Positions 38,521-53,200 of a DNA stretch of 64,000 nt are shown here, piece after piece; within the stretch, counting starts at the first letter, position 1, and each line of letters starts with the position of its first letter. Position numbers and translations under genes: made by a program. The stretch is from Lama guanicoe (lineage: Eukaryota): assembly GCA_013239625.1 (NCBI GenBank), contig MU054323.1, positions 18,184,819 through 18,248,818 of the forward strand, written 5' to 3'. Below the pieces are notes generated by a model, which worked only from the letters and a program-made list of their open reading frames with translations, was not told the DNA's origin and searched no databases.

Positions 38521-39923
38521 AACTGGTACTGGTGGTCCATCTTGTGCACGTGTGGCACCACGCAAAGATCTACTCTCATCTCCAGTGCTTAGCAAATACT
38601 TACCGTGAATGAATGAATGAATGGATGGATGGATATCTGGGAGAATGATAAGTTACAATTGTTTTTAACAGGTTCAGAGGAATTACAAATGCTGCAGAAA
38701 TTAATTTGCGATATCAAAGTCAAGGCACAAACCACTCACCAACCTCATTACCCCGAGCACCATGATGACAGGAACAATGAGGTGTTTGGGGAGCATCTTT
38801 TTGAATAAGAAAAATGAGAATGTGGTGAGAGAGCGTGTGTGCGTGTACAAACACTTCAGGAAAAAACAGTGGTGAACGGACATGGTACACGTAAGGAAAT
38901 CTATCCCTGAGAAAACGTCCTGAGTGTACTCCCTTCTGTGGTGTCCGATGGATAAATGTTTATCCTTTCATCAGATGTTTTCTTCCTCTTTTACAGAATT
39001 CCTTGATTCCCCTACAGGGGCACCATTGTAGGAAATGGGGTCTGATGCTGCAGTTTATGTGCTGCAAAGAACCTTAAGGATAGTATTTTAAAGCAGCCAT
39101 AATACACAGATTTCAAGAGGGGATCTTTTAAGTGCTTCTTCCTGAGTTAGGGTCAAATCTCTTAAATTGAGTTTTAATTTATTTTAAAATTTGACTTTGA
39201 CAGTACTTCTGTGAGTAATAGTTGCATTTCCTGGGCCAAATGCAACTGTGTTTTAATCTAAGAGTCTTCTGTGGATAATTTCTATCCTTATTTTAACATA
39301 TAAATTAAATAATTTCTTAACTCCATGGAAGTCATTGATGAATCATTTAGGGAGAGTTCAGAAATCCTTTAGGGGGATATAGGTTTGTGATTACTTTGGT
39401 TCTCAAGAATTCTCCCAGAATTTGTTATAGAGCCTGAATCACAGTAGAAACTCAATAAATATTTGTTGAAAGTATTGAATGAATTTTTGCCATAGCCAAA
39501 ATGTCCTTGAGCCTAGACTGAACTATACATGGGAAAGGTCTGACTCTCTTTTTGTTTGGGTTCGTTAACAGAATCACACTGAAAATACAGGAAAAAGTCG
39601 ATAAGAAATGAATGACTAATTTACAAACATTTATATTTAAGTGTTAGGAAATATGGTAAGATTAGGAAAACAGTTAAGACAATGATTTGTACAGAATTGA
39701 CTATTTCAGGCAATGAACACTTCACAGATTACAGTTTAACAAGTTAAATGTAACATGTAACATACGTGTGTGACAGACAATGATTCTGATTTTGATATTA
39801 ACATACCATCAGTTATACACATGAGAAATATTGCCAGTTCAATTTTGGGTTATGGAATATATAATTTGTTGGAGAAGACATTTCAAATTACAATATATCT
39901 CAGGCAGCATGCAGGAAAAGTCA

Positions 39924-39929
39924 TTTATT
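39924..39929 (-). terminator. Candidate distal poly(A) signal AATAAA
   Basis: Minus reads aaaTGTAcAATAAAtgacttttcc: CFIm UGUA motif adjacent, near the end of the repeat-poor block. Confidence 0.55.
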
Positions 39930-40720
39930 GTACATTTGTTAGGACACATCTTGCAACAAGCTTCCAGTTTTTGGTAGTTAGATCAAGAATATAGAAACCA
40001 TTGAAACGGTAGGATAATTGAAATCAGCAGCTGTACTTACTGACAGAGAGAGCATTTCTGGTAAAAATAAAACTCTCTGAATTCACTCCTTAGGAAAATG
40101 CACAGTGATCATAAACTCAATTCTTTAAAAATTGTTTTCACAATTAGTGCTCATTTATTGGTAATACGGGAGCTGCAGGAAATACGAATTCTGAGAGCTG
40201 GTTGTCCATAACAGCAGGAATTTATTCTTCTGTGGGCTCACGTGATTACAACAAAGATGCTTACCATTTGAGGTCACATATTATAACAATGGTAAATACA
40301 AAACATCACAAATATTTGGTATTTCAGAGTCTTAACAAATATTATGCTGTGGTTATTTCACAAAGAGACTAGATTAACAGGCAGTGTAAATCACATATAT
40401 CTTAAGATTTCAAAAATACATTTTATACAATAGGTTTCTAATTTCTTCACTAGCATTTAATTTTGGTGGTTTTTTTTTTAAGTTTTTTGTTTTTTGTTTT
40501 TGTCTCATACTTAGAGTCCTTAAACAATCTATGAAGATCTGGCTCATGCCAGGAAAGTCAGTAAGGTTGATGTTTCCCCACAGGAATATGGCTGAGTGTA
40601 CACTGAGTCACAGAGTCAGGAAAGCAACATCTAACTTATAACAGATTACTTTTAAAATTCAAATAATAGCGAATTATTTTAAAAGATAGCAGTTTGAACA
40701 AAACTATAGGAATCAAAAAT

Positions 40721-40726
40721 TTTATT
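40721..40726 (-). terminator. Candidate distal poly(A) signal AATAAA
   Basis: Minus reads ttttTGTAAATAAAatttttg: UGUA directly upstream, U-rich context. Confidence 0.45.
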
Positions 40727-43700
40727 TACAAAATGTTGGGATATATTTCTAAATGGCTAGTTCTTGCTAACTGCACATATTAAATATCCTTGGTGCACAA
40801 AGTCTGTTAACCTCCTATGCAGCGTGTGAGGCCTCTGTGTTAACTTACATGAGATGGTTAGGTGGGAAAATTAGGTGTTAATTTCCATCCAGTCAAGGTG
40901 CTTGAAAAGGAATGCGTGAATGCCTTCCATGCTAGATGAGATCCATCATTCCTGTTAGTGCCTTTAATTTAAAAAGACTAGCTGAAATCCCCAAATGTAA
41001 TTTTGTGCAGTATAAGAATTAAAGGAAAGACTGATAAATTTACCATTGGATGTTGGAATGCTAATCTAACACTGTACAGTTGATCTGAGGCATCGTACCT
41101 CCCATTTCCAAGGTGTCTGTGTATTACATTGGCTTAAAAAATATTTTCCTTGGTCCTTAGAAATACAAAATATTAATTTTCAACAGACAGAGGATGACAA
41201 GGATAAGGATGAGCATTTCTTATAATCACATTCATAATGAAAGAAGTTACTCTACGTTTCACAGATCGTTAAACAAGGGTCTTTGGCAGGAGACTGTATA
41301 AACCACTTCTTCCACTTTTAACATTCACGTGGGCAGTTTTCCTTTTTCCTGACATCAGATGTACACTCACCTGCTCGCTACTGTAGGTCAAAAGGAGAAC
41401 ACCACAGATAGAAAAAAGATTGAAGCTTAGCATGTATTCTTTTTGAAAGTTAAACTCAAAGTGTGTTGATTCATCGAGACTAGAGAAGACATTTTACACA
41501 GGCGTTTCGAACAGTGCCGCTTAAGATCACAATTTTAACAACATAGTCAGCAAAGAGAGGGGGTGAGTACCTTTATCTCCCACCAAATGTTATCACTGAG
41601 CCACTGGAAGAATCCTCTGGAATCTTCTTGATTACTGTACATTGTGTTTCCCACAAAATGAGTAACTTACAACGATTTTACTGTGTGTGTGTATGTATGT
41701 GCATGTGCTCAAAATGGCAAGTCTTCGAGTCTACATTCACTGGCATGGAAGAACCAAAACTGAAAAATTCGGTTGAGTGTTCGAATGTGTTACTGACACA
41801 GTACTACTCAGGAATTTCAAAGTGCAGTGAAGTTACTTAAAAAATAGCTTTAGACACGTGAGCATCTTCACGGCCGACCAGAGGAACATTAGGACCGCCT
41901 GCTTCCTGTCTCAGGGTACGGACTCCTCTGCACTTTGGCCTGCCTCCTTCCCACTCCCCGCCCACCCGCCCCTCTGTCTTTGGAGGCTGTTTGTGATGAG
42001 CTCTTTAAACCCTGCATACAGGATGTGAACAGGGGCTTTCCTTTTCTGTCCTGTGCGGGGAATTCATGGTCACCTCTTAGGAAGAGGGGGTTTCTGGCAC
42101 AGGGACCTGCCTCTCTCTCTTTTTTTTTTTTTAAGGATTGTTTCTGGTGCTGGCTAGAGTGAGTTCAGGTTACCATCAGAAGGTCCACCAAGCTTACTCA
42201 GTGGGAACAAATTGCCATCCTGAACATCAAAGATGAGAGAGACATTCTAAATTTGTTTCCTTCCCGATTCTTCTATCTTGCCTGACCCTCATGGAACAAC
42301 CAGTGGCAGAAAGCAGGGTTTTGTGCAGATATACCGTAGGTACCAGATGCTAATTTCTTCTCTGGCCCTTGTCTTGGAGGCTCAAAATGCCTCCTCAGCA
42401 CGAGCTTCCTACTGTCTACAAAATTGAATAAATGAAGTCCCAGGAAGCCCCTGTTGTAGTAACAGTTGTGCCACCGATGATTATGGCTTATTAGAAGAGT
42501 GTTGAATGGCACTGCTGGCCTACAGAAATCACTGCGCCTGGCACCGAAAGGCAGAAGCTGTTGGCAGATTGAAGGGTTTATCTGCTACCTTCTCATGTCA
42601 AGGCCTTTTTAATGTACCACGTAAGTAAGGATCTTTAGGGTATGTGACTGTTTTTCCTAAGCTTTCCGAGAAAAACTTTTGATCCAGGTTTGTGTCAAGA
42701 TCTCAAGACTGTGACTTGGCCTTGTGTAGAAAGGCCTGGAAGGGAGGTCAAGACTCTGGATCTGAGTGAATCCCATCCAGATGGACCCAGCCCGTCCCCT
42801 GCAAAGGGGCCTGTCCCATGACCAAGCAGCTTGGCATCTGGGTGATTATTCTAAGAAGTATCTTCTTGGTGAGGCTTCAACTTTGAGCGAAAGACAGAAC
42901 ATGCATGTGGAGATGCACGTGATGGTGGAGACAGGGAGGGGGGAGAGGGCTGGGGGGACACTGTGCTTCCCGGGAGCCCGCGCTGGCCACATGTGAGAGA
43001 GAATGGGACCCTGGGGAAGAGCTGACGGCAGAATGCTCTCAGAGACTGACAGGGGGACACCCAAATGCTCCAACTTTGACCACAATGGGAGGGGCACACA
43101 GATTTTAGAGAAGCAGGTGGAACGTGATGATACGTCACTTACTCTTTTTCAGTAATTCCTGAGAAAGAACAGTCATTCCAAGAGGTACCTAACAAGCTGG
43201 GCTCCTTTTAAGGGAGACCTGGAGAAATGGTTGAGCGTTCTCCTTCAGAATATCATTGTTGAGGTTCCATCTTAGGTCTCCTTTTGCCTACTTTGAATTT
43301 ATGTTTCTGGATCGAAACGGGGGTCAGAATACACACAGCTGTTTCAAGGTCCCGTGAATGTGATATTTTCAGGTTTCGATTTCAGGAAGCAGACGTACAC
43401 GTGCACACACACAACCCACAATCTTAAACTCCCTTTTCTAAGCCATGTATAAGCATTGTCACTTGCTGGCTCTCCACACTGGCTCAGCACCGATTCAAAC
43501 AAGCCTAGAAAAAGGCTCCCTGGGGTCTTGGGGTTGCTGTCCCCGCTGTCTGTGGCTCCCAGGTTTTATGAGCTATGTGAGCCTTTGCAACTGTCTGCTA
43601 AAACCAAAACTTGTAACCAGTAGTCTTTTGAGCTCAGTCAGTCCACAGCCACTCTTCCAACCAGCAGACCAGTCATTAAGCAGAACTCGGTTCTGTTGTA

Positions 43701-44044
43701 CCGTGGTGTAGCATTGAGGCCCATGGCCCAGAGCTATTCAGCTATGAGAAAGGTGTCCAGGGTCACTCTCCAGGCCCTGGGCATTCAGTCAAAGCAGATT
43801 AGCCTTCGGTTTTTGTTTGTTTTTTAAACTGGAAAAGCTGCTTAGACATCTCTGGTTGGAGATCCTGTCTGAAGCTCAGTTCCTGCAGTAAAGAGTGTTT
43901 GTAAGGATTTATTTTCCCTCAAATTACATGTTATGTCCAAAAGGGGACTTCTCTGTCCATATATCAGAGTGCACTGGGCCTGGATGGAAGCTTTAAGCTT
44001 TTTTCCTAGGAGGAGGCAGAGTTAAACAGTGGGTGACATTAACT

Positions 44045-44255
44045 TTTCTCGACCACTTGGAGCACTGTTTGAGTTTTCAGACTTGAACGTGTATCAGTGC
44101 TATCCCAAGGGCTTGTGAAAACCCACAGTGCTGGGCCCCCTCCCAGAATTTCTGATTCCTAGGCCTGGGCTGGGGTCTCAGGTGGGACCAGAGAATTCAT
44201 GGAGCTGACACATTTCAGAGTTGTGGTTTGTGCTGCCTTGCCGGCGACCACTGTA
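44045..44255. mobile_element. MER5A-like MITE inside the putative 3' UTR
   Basis: gggcttgtgaaaacccacagtgctgggccccctcccagaatttctgattc...gggaccagagaatt. Confidence 0.7.
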
Positions 44256-47200
44256 GTAGCTTGTCCTACAACACAGGGCAGTTACTCACGTCACCTTAAT
44301 TGTGCTCCTAGGACAAAGCTTTCCCACGTGGAATGTGAAGGTCGGTGGCGAATGTCTTCCTGACGCGTGCCTGCCGCATAGGAAAGGGAAATGTTTGGCT
44401 GGTGCTCGTTTAATTACTGGGCTCCGACGATTATGGAGGATCAGAAGTTTCGGTGCTGTGTTAGCAGACAGAGCAAACTCCTAAGTAAAATGACTCGGAC
44501 TTGTGCTCTAATCTGTGCCCTTCCTTGAAGGGAGTAGGGCTTCTATGCATCATTAAATCTGAGTCCCGGAAAGCTATCTGCAGTAGACTCCACGGCCCCC
44601 CCTCAGAGCACTGCTTTGGTAGCCACGGTGAACACCTGTCCTGCCACGCAGGGGACGTTCTCCCTGTCACCTCAGGACGATACCATGATAACTGCTAAGT
44701 TTGTTCCCAGTTTCTTCACTGAACACAAAGGTCTGCTGACTTTTTTCTAGCACAATCCTCTTGAAAGGCTATCAAACGCAAGGACCCATACAGGTGGGTG
44801 AAGAGAAAGCAAGAACACGAAGGGGGCTCCCTGAAATTCAGCTGAGGAATGAAGCTGGACGGGCTGTCAGCACGTGTAATTAGAGACCGCAGTCCCTTTG
44901 ACTGACGGCTGGACCTGGGCCAGTGCAAGAGGCTGGTCTGGGGCCGGGGGCTGAGGAACAAGAGACGTGAGCTGTGTCGGGGGGCGGCTCCCGCTGCAGA
45001 AGGGAAGCCCAGTCTATTTGCAGGTTCTCTGCCTTCAGCCAAGCTCCTGCTGCGGATGGACAGAGCTTACCAGGGTGGCTTAAGACAGTCATCTCTAGAA
45101 AATGCTTGTGGTGCAGATTTGTTTTTAAAAAGGGCAGAAAAATCTACCTTTCCAATGAGGATTTCCAAATCAAATGTGAAACGGGGGTCAAACTCAACAT
45201 GAGGACGTCTTGAAATATAGAAATAGGATGCCTAGTGCAACTGAACAGTCGCTCTGTAGAGACTCATAGTGAGAGAAGGAAAAGTAGTTTTATCCCAGAG
45301 CATTACTACACTTATGACAAAAATACTTCCTTTCAATTTTCTCTCTGAACAACAAGGCTCGCAAGATTCCTTTATCTGTTACGATGCCGGGAACTTCTGT
45401 TCCCTTCCCCCCCGACAAATGTGGCTTTGTGCCTCTGTGCTAATAAAACTGGAATATATTACCGTTACGATGTTGAAATGGTTTTGCCATTTCTGAGTAC
45501 TTCTAACTGGGATTCCCTCAAGAGAAAGCTTACATTTATTCCACTAAAACCTTCCTTGTTTACACAAGCAGAGTTTGTCATGGTTGCTTTTTCTTTTTTT
45601 TTCTTTCTTTTCCCCACGGCAGTGTCTACATCCGCTTGCTGTATTTCCTCCCGCCGTGTGCAATTTCAGATTGCTAATGAGACATTTGGGCTGCGGCAAA
45701 GCAGATGATTGCTGGAGATGGGATTTAAGACTTTTTGTAAAATCTTTTCAAGGAGTCGTTTTCTCCGTAACAAGGGAGGCGCTGAAAAAACAGTTGGATC
45801 TGCAGTAAATGCATTTTTTTTTCATCTTCCTTTAGAATACTGTTATCTTTTAATGTCTTTCTCGTGGTCAACGTGCCTTCTGTTCGTATTCATACACTTT
45901 AGAATAAAATCCCTGCTGTCAGTCTCTCCTAAAAGGTTGTCATTAAGTCAAAAATGAAAAATAAGAGTGGAATTATTGTGAGAAACTGTGTGAACTCAAA
46001 GTTTACATTTGGGAGAACAGCACACTCAACCTTAAGAAGGTCCCAGATGTGGAATCCTTTCCCATCTCATCAATTTCCTATTGTTAGGCATCCTGGAAAG
46101 GGAGAAACTTTTCACTCCCCTTGGGGAAGGGGAATTTTTTCAGCAGTGTGCAAAGAATAGTTTCAAAATAAATCTTTAAATTGTTGTCAGACCTAATGTG
46201 GTTTAATTGGCTTAACACTTGCACTGGTAATTGAGTACAGTGAGTATTACAAGGAACTGGTTTACAGCATGAAGCCTCTTCAACCCACACCCACAGGATT
46301 GACAATGGGTCCCGCAGGGCTTGATGGGTTCTGGAAATCCAAGTTAAAAGTGAAGTCCCTCCATTTAATGATGAGGAAATTCAAGTCCAGAGAGAGCTCA
46401 ATATTCATAATCCTCTGAAACAACTAAGTCCTAATTTTAAACAGAGGAAAACCTTTGGGGTCCTCTCTCTGGTGACTGTTTGATGTTGAAATAAAGAGAA
46501 CATTGGGTACTTGGACATGAAGACTGCAGCCTTCTCTAGTTGGCTGCTAAAATGTGGCAGCTGGAGTTGCAACTCACTGAAAGACAGCCAGATGCCTCCA
46601 AGTCAAAAGAACAAGAGGCACAGTCAAGAAATTCCCGTGATGAATTAATATCAAGAACTAACAGAAAAAAAAATCAGTAATGGGGAGGCAAATGATCTTT
46701 GTGGCAACTTTTTCCCAACTTGAAATGTAAAAACAAAAGACTGAGTGTCAATCTCACACAGGCTTTGCATCGTAGACACTGGATATGTTGAGCCTGCATC
46801 CATTTATCTCGGTGGTGAAAGAAAAAATGTGAATTTAGGAAAATGAGCACTTCTGTTTCTGCAAATGGAAGGTTTCTTGATAAATTTCAAATGGCCCCAC
46901 TAAACAGTCTCAAATTGATAAAATGTCTTTAGACCAAAATGGACGGTGAATTTAATCAGAGTGCCAGAACCAGACTCTTCCTACTAAACTCAGGGCTCAT
47001 GTTAATTTTCTTGAAATTACCTTGTCTTGAATTCTTTATACCAAATTAGGGTGCCTAGTACAATATTCTGCAGAAAATAAATGCTTGAGGTTTGTGGAAC
47101 TGTCTGCCTAAAAAAAAGTAATAGACTCTGACATTTGATTTAAAAATTGCTCTACTGCCTCGACTGTATTAATGTTTTTTAAAAGTTTCAACTGAATATA

Positions 47201-50200
47201 AAGTAAGTCAATGATCTCTGAGGACAGACTGGCTAAATTCACTAATTTTGGCCCTCTCTGGTTCAACGTCATTCTGATTCTTTTTCATCAGATAGTTTGC
47301 CAGTTGATGCTTATCTAGCTGCAGTATCCTGGATTCAAAACAATTTCTGACTTTCAATTAAAGATTAGAAATACTTCCTCAAATCTTTTTCCTGGGTGGC
47401 AGTCACTTTTAAAAAGCCAGTTAGTACAGTGTTAATACAGAGACAATCAGAATGGTCTGTGCTTTTTGCATAAAACTTCTAATCAACCAATGAGGCACCT
47501 GTCATTTTTTTCTTTTGTATTAAAAGCTCTGGAATGGCTGTTTTTCCAGGGGGAATTAGGAAATAAAAGGCAGAGTCCGGAGGTGTGTCGGTATCCTCCC
47601 ACTGAATCAGTGTGGGGAAATGCTCCACTGGGAGCCATGGCAGAGAAAACTCCCGTGGAAGAGTGAATGTTAAGGGAGCCTGTCAGAAGCCCTGCCCTCC
47701 CCCCTAACCCAGCAGTGGGTGCTGAACCATCTTCATTGTTTTCAAATGTTACTAAATATCTCTTCTGTTGCTTTAAAGGGACCCAAACCAATTCTGGTTT
47801 CTTCACAAAACAAAACCTATCTTTGGGTAAAGTCATAATGGTACTATTCATGGATCTCATTTTGGTTAGTGGAAGGAAGCTTCAAGCTCTGAAGAGGCAT
47901 CAGTTAATTCTCAACGATGACAAAGCAATTGTTCTTTTCATTTTACTAAGGAAATGATTTTTAGAGTTGGCATGTCAGCGCATTGGCTGGAAAGAAAAAA
48001 AATGCAAGTTTAGACTCCTCATCACGAGGTCCAGTGTACTTAGCTACGCTGCGTTCTCAGTGTTTTCAAAAATTGGTTCCATGGCAACCAGTTTGGAAAG
48101 ACAGACTCACTCTCCAAGCAGGCAATGAGTGTGTGATGGAGCCACATGACTTTGTTTGGAAAGGTTTAAGTCAAACACAACATGCTGGCTCAGAACAGAA
48201 AGGGATCTCTGCAGGTAATAGTCACATCAAGTGAAACAAACATTTCTGGCATTGTTCTCACGTTCCTGGACTATATCTGTCACGCGGGCGAGCAAGGCGG
48301 CCATCTGGCTGGAGGACTAGGGTTGAACCCACCTATTTTGCCTACTTCCTGCCCCTATCTAGTAACTGAATGGTGACATGATTATGACATTGATAGTGAT
48401 CTCTCCCCTCACCTGACGGCTCATTTGCCTCTAGATACCTTATAAATGGAATGGTGGGAGGCCGGTGGTTGTGGACCGTTGGTAGTAAATCCCATGTCTC
48501 AATGATTAACATACATTTTCCTGATAGCTTTGCAAAAATGCAATCTTTGCTTCAGATCTGACATTGAAAAGCATCTTTTTGTTTTGTGTTTAAAAATTTG
48601 AAATGGCCAACTTTTTAAAGGTAAGAAGCAGAGTTAGTCCATTTTGAAAGGGAGGACGGTTCTTTTCCTTTTGGCTTTCTCTCACCATTGTTTCTGAGGG
48701 ACGTGCACAGGGACTGAGTCAGAAGTAGGAAAGCGGGCACTGAAGCTGAGCCACTGGTGCAACTTCCTGCTCACAGGTTCGCTGGATGCCTATTGGGAAA
48801 ATTCCCACGCCATTTTGATGAGAAGGATACTCATTTGTTTTAAAAAACTAAATCTATGCAGAGTAAGTGAGAACAGTCTGAGAATATCAAGAATACTTTA
48901 AGCCTCGTGTATACATCTACCATAGCATCATCTGTCTCAGAGAAGATTCAGTGTGTCAGGATTTCCTATAGGATTATTGATGGTAGCACAAACCTGTCCT
49001 TAAGAGTTTTCAACTGAAATGCCAAAGATGTTATTTTCTTGCAAATTGTAATAATAGTGTTGCTACTAAAATACTTTTAGTTTGTGTCTGATGTTATCCT
49101 TTGCTTAGATCCAATACCACAAACATCTAGTTGATGAAATAGCAACAAAATAAAGTTCTTGCAGTATTTCCGATAGTAAGTGTCCCAAACAGAGTCCAAT
49201 ATGTAATGAAGCAGTTGGCTAAACAGGCTCCAATGACTTGGCATGAACCTCTCACCCCTCTCTGTACCCACTCCTCATCCTTCCCCTTGGAAAACTCTCA
49301 TGAACCAATTGGCTGAAAGGGCTGGTTTGCTCGTTAGTACGATCTTGGTGGCAAAACGCTAGGGATAAGACAGCCAGTGGATGTGAGAGTCGCAGGTTGG
49401 TTCAGCTGAGAATATCTAAGCTGAGCTGCAGCTAGTGGAGAATCTGCAGTGGTGATAGAGGATTCGGTATTTGTTGGGAGATCGAGGTGGGAGTCCCATT
49501 CCTTTTGTCCTAATATGCCAAAGCACATTTCTAGAAAATATCAACTAGCCTATGGTGGCCTCTGTGCTCAGAACCATGTTTCCAGGGAAAAAACCAAAAC
49601 AAAACAAAAACTCATTTTTTAAATCCCCAAGGATTGAGGGCTCCCCCCACCCCGAGAGTTGTTTTCAAAACCCCCTAGAAGACAGAGGGGAATTGGAAAA
49701 GTCAGAAAAGAGCCTTAATTGATCCAAAAAACTTGCTATCAGAAATGCTTGCCAACTGAGGGAAGAAAAACGAATTTTTCCTTTTTAAAATCTACTAAAG
49801 GTTTTAGAAGGATAGATATAATTAACAGTATTCTAAGCAGTTTTCAACTATGAATTTGCATCTGTAACAAGGGGGAAAAACCAGGGATGTGCTTCCTTCC
49901 ACATCTCTCCGCCTCTTTCTGTTTATAAACGAGATCTGATAAAAAGGAGCACTAACTTGATGTGGGCGTTCATGGCAGTCCTAGACATCCAAGAGTGCAG
50001 TTTGAGTTGATACACATCATCTATCTATACTCTAGGAAGAGGTGGGATAGAGGAGGTTGACTGCTGAAATCATACCTCTCATAGAAATAATCTTCTAACA
50101 AGCATTTTGAATCATTTTTGTTGTTTTTATACTGGTTGAAATGGCAACTTTTGGTAAAAAGTAGATTGAAAATAACACTTCTGTTTGCTGTGTGTGAAAA

Positions 50201-53200
50201 GGCTAGTGTTTCAGAAGTTTCAACTACGAATAAATCTGTCTGGGCTTTATTGTTTGGGCTAGACTCAAGTGTAATATCTCATCTGATGTATTGGTTATTT
50301 TAAATTTTCAAAATTTGAAATGTAAGTAACATCACAATGGAATCAGCCTTTTATAAATGCAATGGTCAAATTATTATGTTGTGAAATTTAGAGACTTCAT
50401 GGCCTAAAAAGAGCATGGAAATTATTGAAGGCATTTTTATGAAAGACCTGTGTGGGTCTAGTGTATTCCACAAAATAACTGAGTAATACAGAAAATGTCC
50501 CAAAAGCCTACTTTTTTTAGTTACTAAGATCAAAAGTTATATATGTCCAGCTTTGATTTGCATTTAAAAACTGAGACTACAAGTTTTAGTTGTACCATTG
50601 TTTCTGAAAACTGGGAATCTATCTTCCTTAAGGGTAGTGACTTTCAGATATCTTAGACAAAGGAAGCCTGTGATGAAATCTTAACACATTTTCTTTTTGC
50701 TAATTTTCTCATTTTAAAATATGTTCTTGTCAACCACATAGGAAATTCTCATCCAAATCATTATTTTAGCCATATTACTCAATTATATGAGCATTATGAG
50801 AACATAAAATCTTTGCAGATTTGTTCCTTGGAGTATTTTTTTTTTTGAAGTTTAATGTTAAGGTGAGTATAAGAAGGTAGAGAAAGTTACCTACAAAGAA
50901 AATTGTTTTTCTCAGAACGAGGCAGGTTGAGCATATCAGTATTATGTTAAATATTTGTACAATTTAGTCTGTTATTTTAGGTGACGTATTTTTGAAAAGT
51001 GGTTATATATTTGGTTATTTAATGGAATTGTTTCTTCCACTTGGAAGAAGAGAACCTTCACAGTGAAGGACGGGTCTTTGCAAACCTAGGATCACATGTG
51101 CAGGAGAGATCTCCTTGGAGAATTTATCTGTTGTCCTACTATGTGGCTTCAAGGGATCTAATAAAAAGTTCTGTAAGTTAAACCTGGGTTATTTCAACTT
51201 GGGAATGTAGGGGAAAGGTCTTTGGAAAATCTCTTGGCCAGATCCTTCTAGGCAAATAAATAACTTCCGGTATAGAGGGCTGTATAATCATTCTAGTAAA
51301 TTAATCCCCCCCCCCCACACACCACTCTTGGATTTGGCTAGGGAGATCTGTCTGCAGTCAACAAATTAGGGCTGGGCATTAACTGTCAAGACTGACTCAG
51401 TAACACTGAAGTTAGCTAATTTCTCTCTCAGTCAGTGTGTGTGGTTATTAACATGAATTTTCCTACCATTTGCACCTTACGCATATAATAACTCCAGAGA
51501 AGCATTTGGCCCACTCACATTTCTTGGAGACATGGAAGCTATATATGATGTTTTTCTAGGTTTACACCCTTCACCTTTGGGAATGTACGAGGGGGTCTTT
51601 ATCCTTGATCCATACCTACATATATTGGTAGGATAAAAGGCTAGGTAGATGGGCACTGAAACAGGAAAAATGAACCAAAGAGGATCAGAGTCAACAATGT
51701 TGCTGCAGTGTGCAACTGTAGGGTGCAATCCGGTCCTAAACATTTATAGAGGTACCACAATATGATCTAATGACTGTTTTCTAGCTGGAATGTCTTTATA
51801 TTTGATTTTTTCCTTTGACAAATTCACTTTCAGAAAAACATGCCCAGAGTAATTATAGCATAACCTTTTCTCCATGGCTGAGAGCTAATAGTGAACATCA
51901 CTGTGAGTAATGAATATGATGGGAGTAGACATGGAAGAACCACAAAGGTTGGAAACTGGGAGAAGAAAGGTTATGATTGCATGTTCCCCAAGGGGACACC
52001 TCTTTGGATCTTTCAGAAAGGTTAGGACTGAATGATTCTAAAGAATGTGCACAGGTCAAGCATCTGAGAAAATTCTGCATTGATTACCAGGCAACTTCCA
52101 GTCAAGCAAGTCTTCCTGTGAAGACATGGGTCATAATTCTAACTACAAAGTTATGTTGCTTTTTTTCAAGTTACAAAGTAATGTTCTGTTCTACAAATCA
52201 ATCAAACTAATGTATACAATGTGTTCTACAACCAATCAACAGTAACTTATACAATGACTGCTGACTTAAATGTCCCATAGGAGGTTAAACCAGAGGACCT
52301 TTTGACACAACTGAGAATTAAGAGAGCCTCTGAACTCATCTTTTTGGGTATCTTGGCAGGCAGGGAAAAAGTCAAGCTAGATACTCACCCATTGCTTGTT
52401 GTCTGGAAAGCTAAAGCACCCTCTGCCGGGGAAGTCCCACCGCTCAGTGGTTGCTCCTTCTATAGGTAAGACATTCTCTGCTTCGGGAGATAATTAACCA
52501 TGGCCTGATTAAGCTTCATGAGTGAACTATCTCCTACCACTGTTTCACCTTCCTGCACTATCTTTGTAGGTGGAATACCATCAGGACCGACCGGCACTTG
52601 AAATGGGTGGAAGACAATGAATGTGGCTAGAAATGGTAAGAACATAAAACAAAAGTGCAATCCATTATCAAAAATCTGTAGGCAGAGCTGAATGACTGCT
52701 AATGAGTCCACTTGTAACAGCATCTTTCCTTCTCTGTAAGATAAATGTGACTTTGCATGTCTGTTCTACATATTGCACTTGTTTATCAGGTGAAATGCTC
52801 GATTTTACCAACAGCTAGAATGTCTTGGCCAAGTGAAGTGATTACTACAACAAAAGCCAAGGACCTTTTGAAGGTCACAGTAAGATCCAGTGCTGGACAC
52901 GGCTGATCATGAAATGGCCAAATATTCTTTTAAGTTATGAAACTATATTCAAGACTTGCTCCAAACGTCATTGCCCACGATCAGACCCAGAAAACCATAA
53001 TCACAAGAGAGACTTCATATCTCGAGCAAGGAAACATTGAAAGAAGTCTGAAAGGAGCTGATTTACAGTCTTGAGAAAGTGAAGTTTGGTCATCATTAGA
53101 GAATGGAGGGCTTCATTGTCTACCAGAGGAAATTTGTTATTTTTATGATTGCGTCCACGAAGTCCTCAGGTGTATGCAGTCCAAACTGATCAATCTCTCT

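Noticed and set aside
40468..40502. A-rich run on the minus strand that looks like a poly(A) tail
   Set aside because: Genomic low-complexity tract with no target-site duplication; mainly an internal-priming risk for 3'-end mapping.
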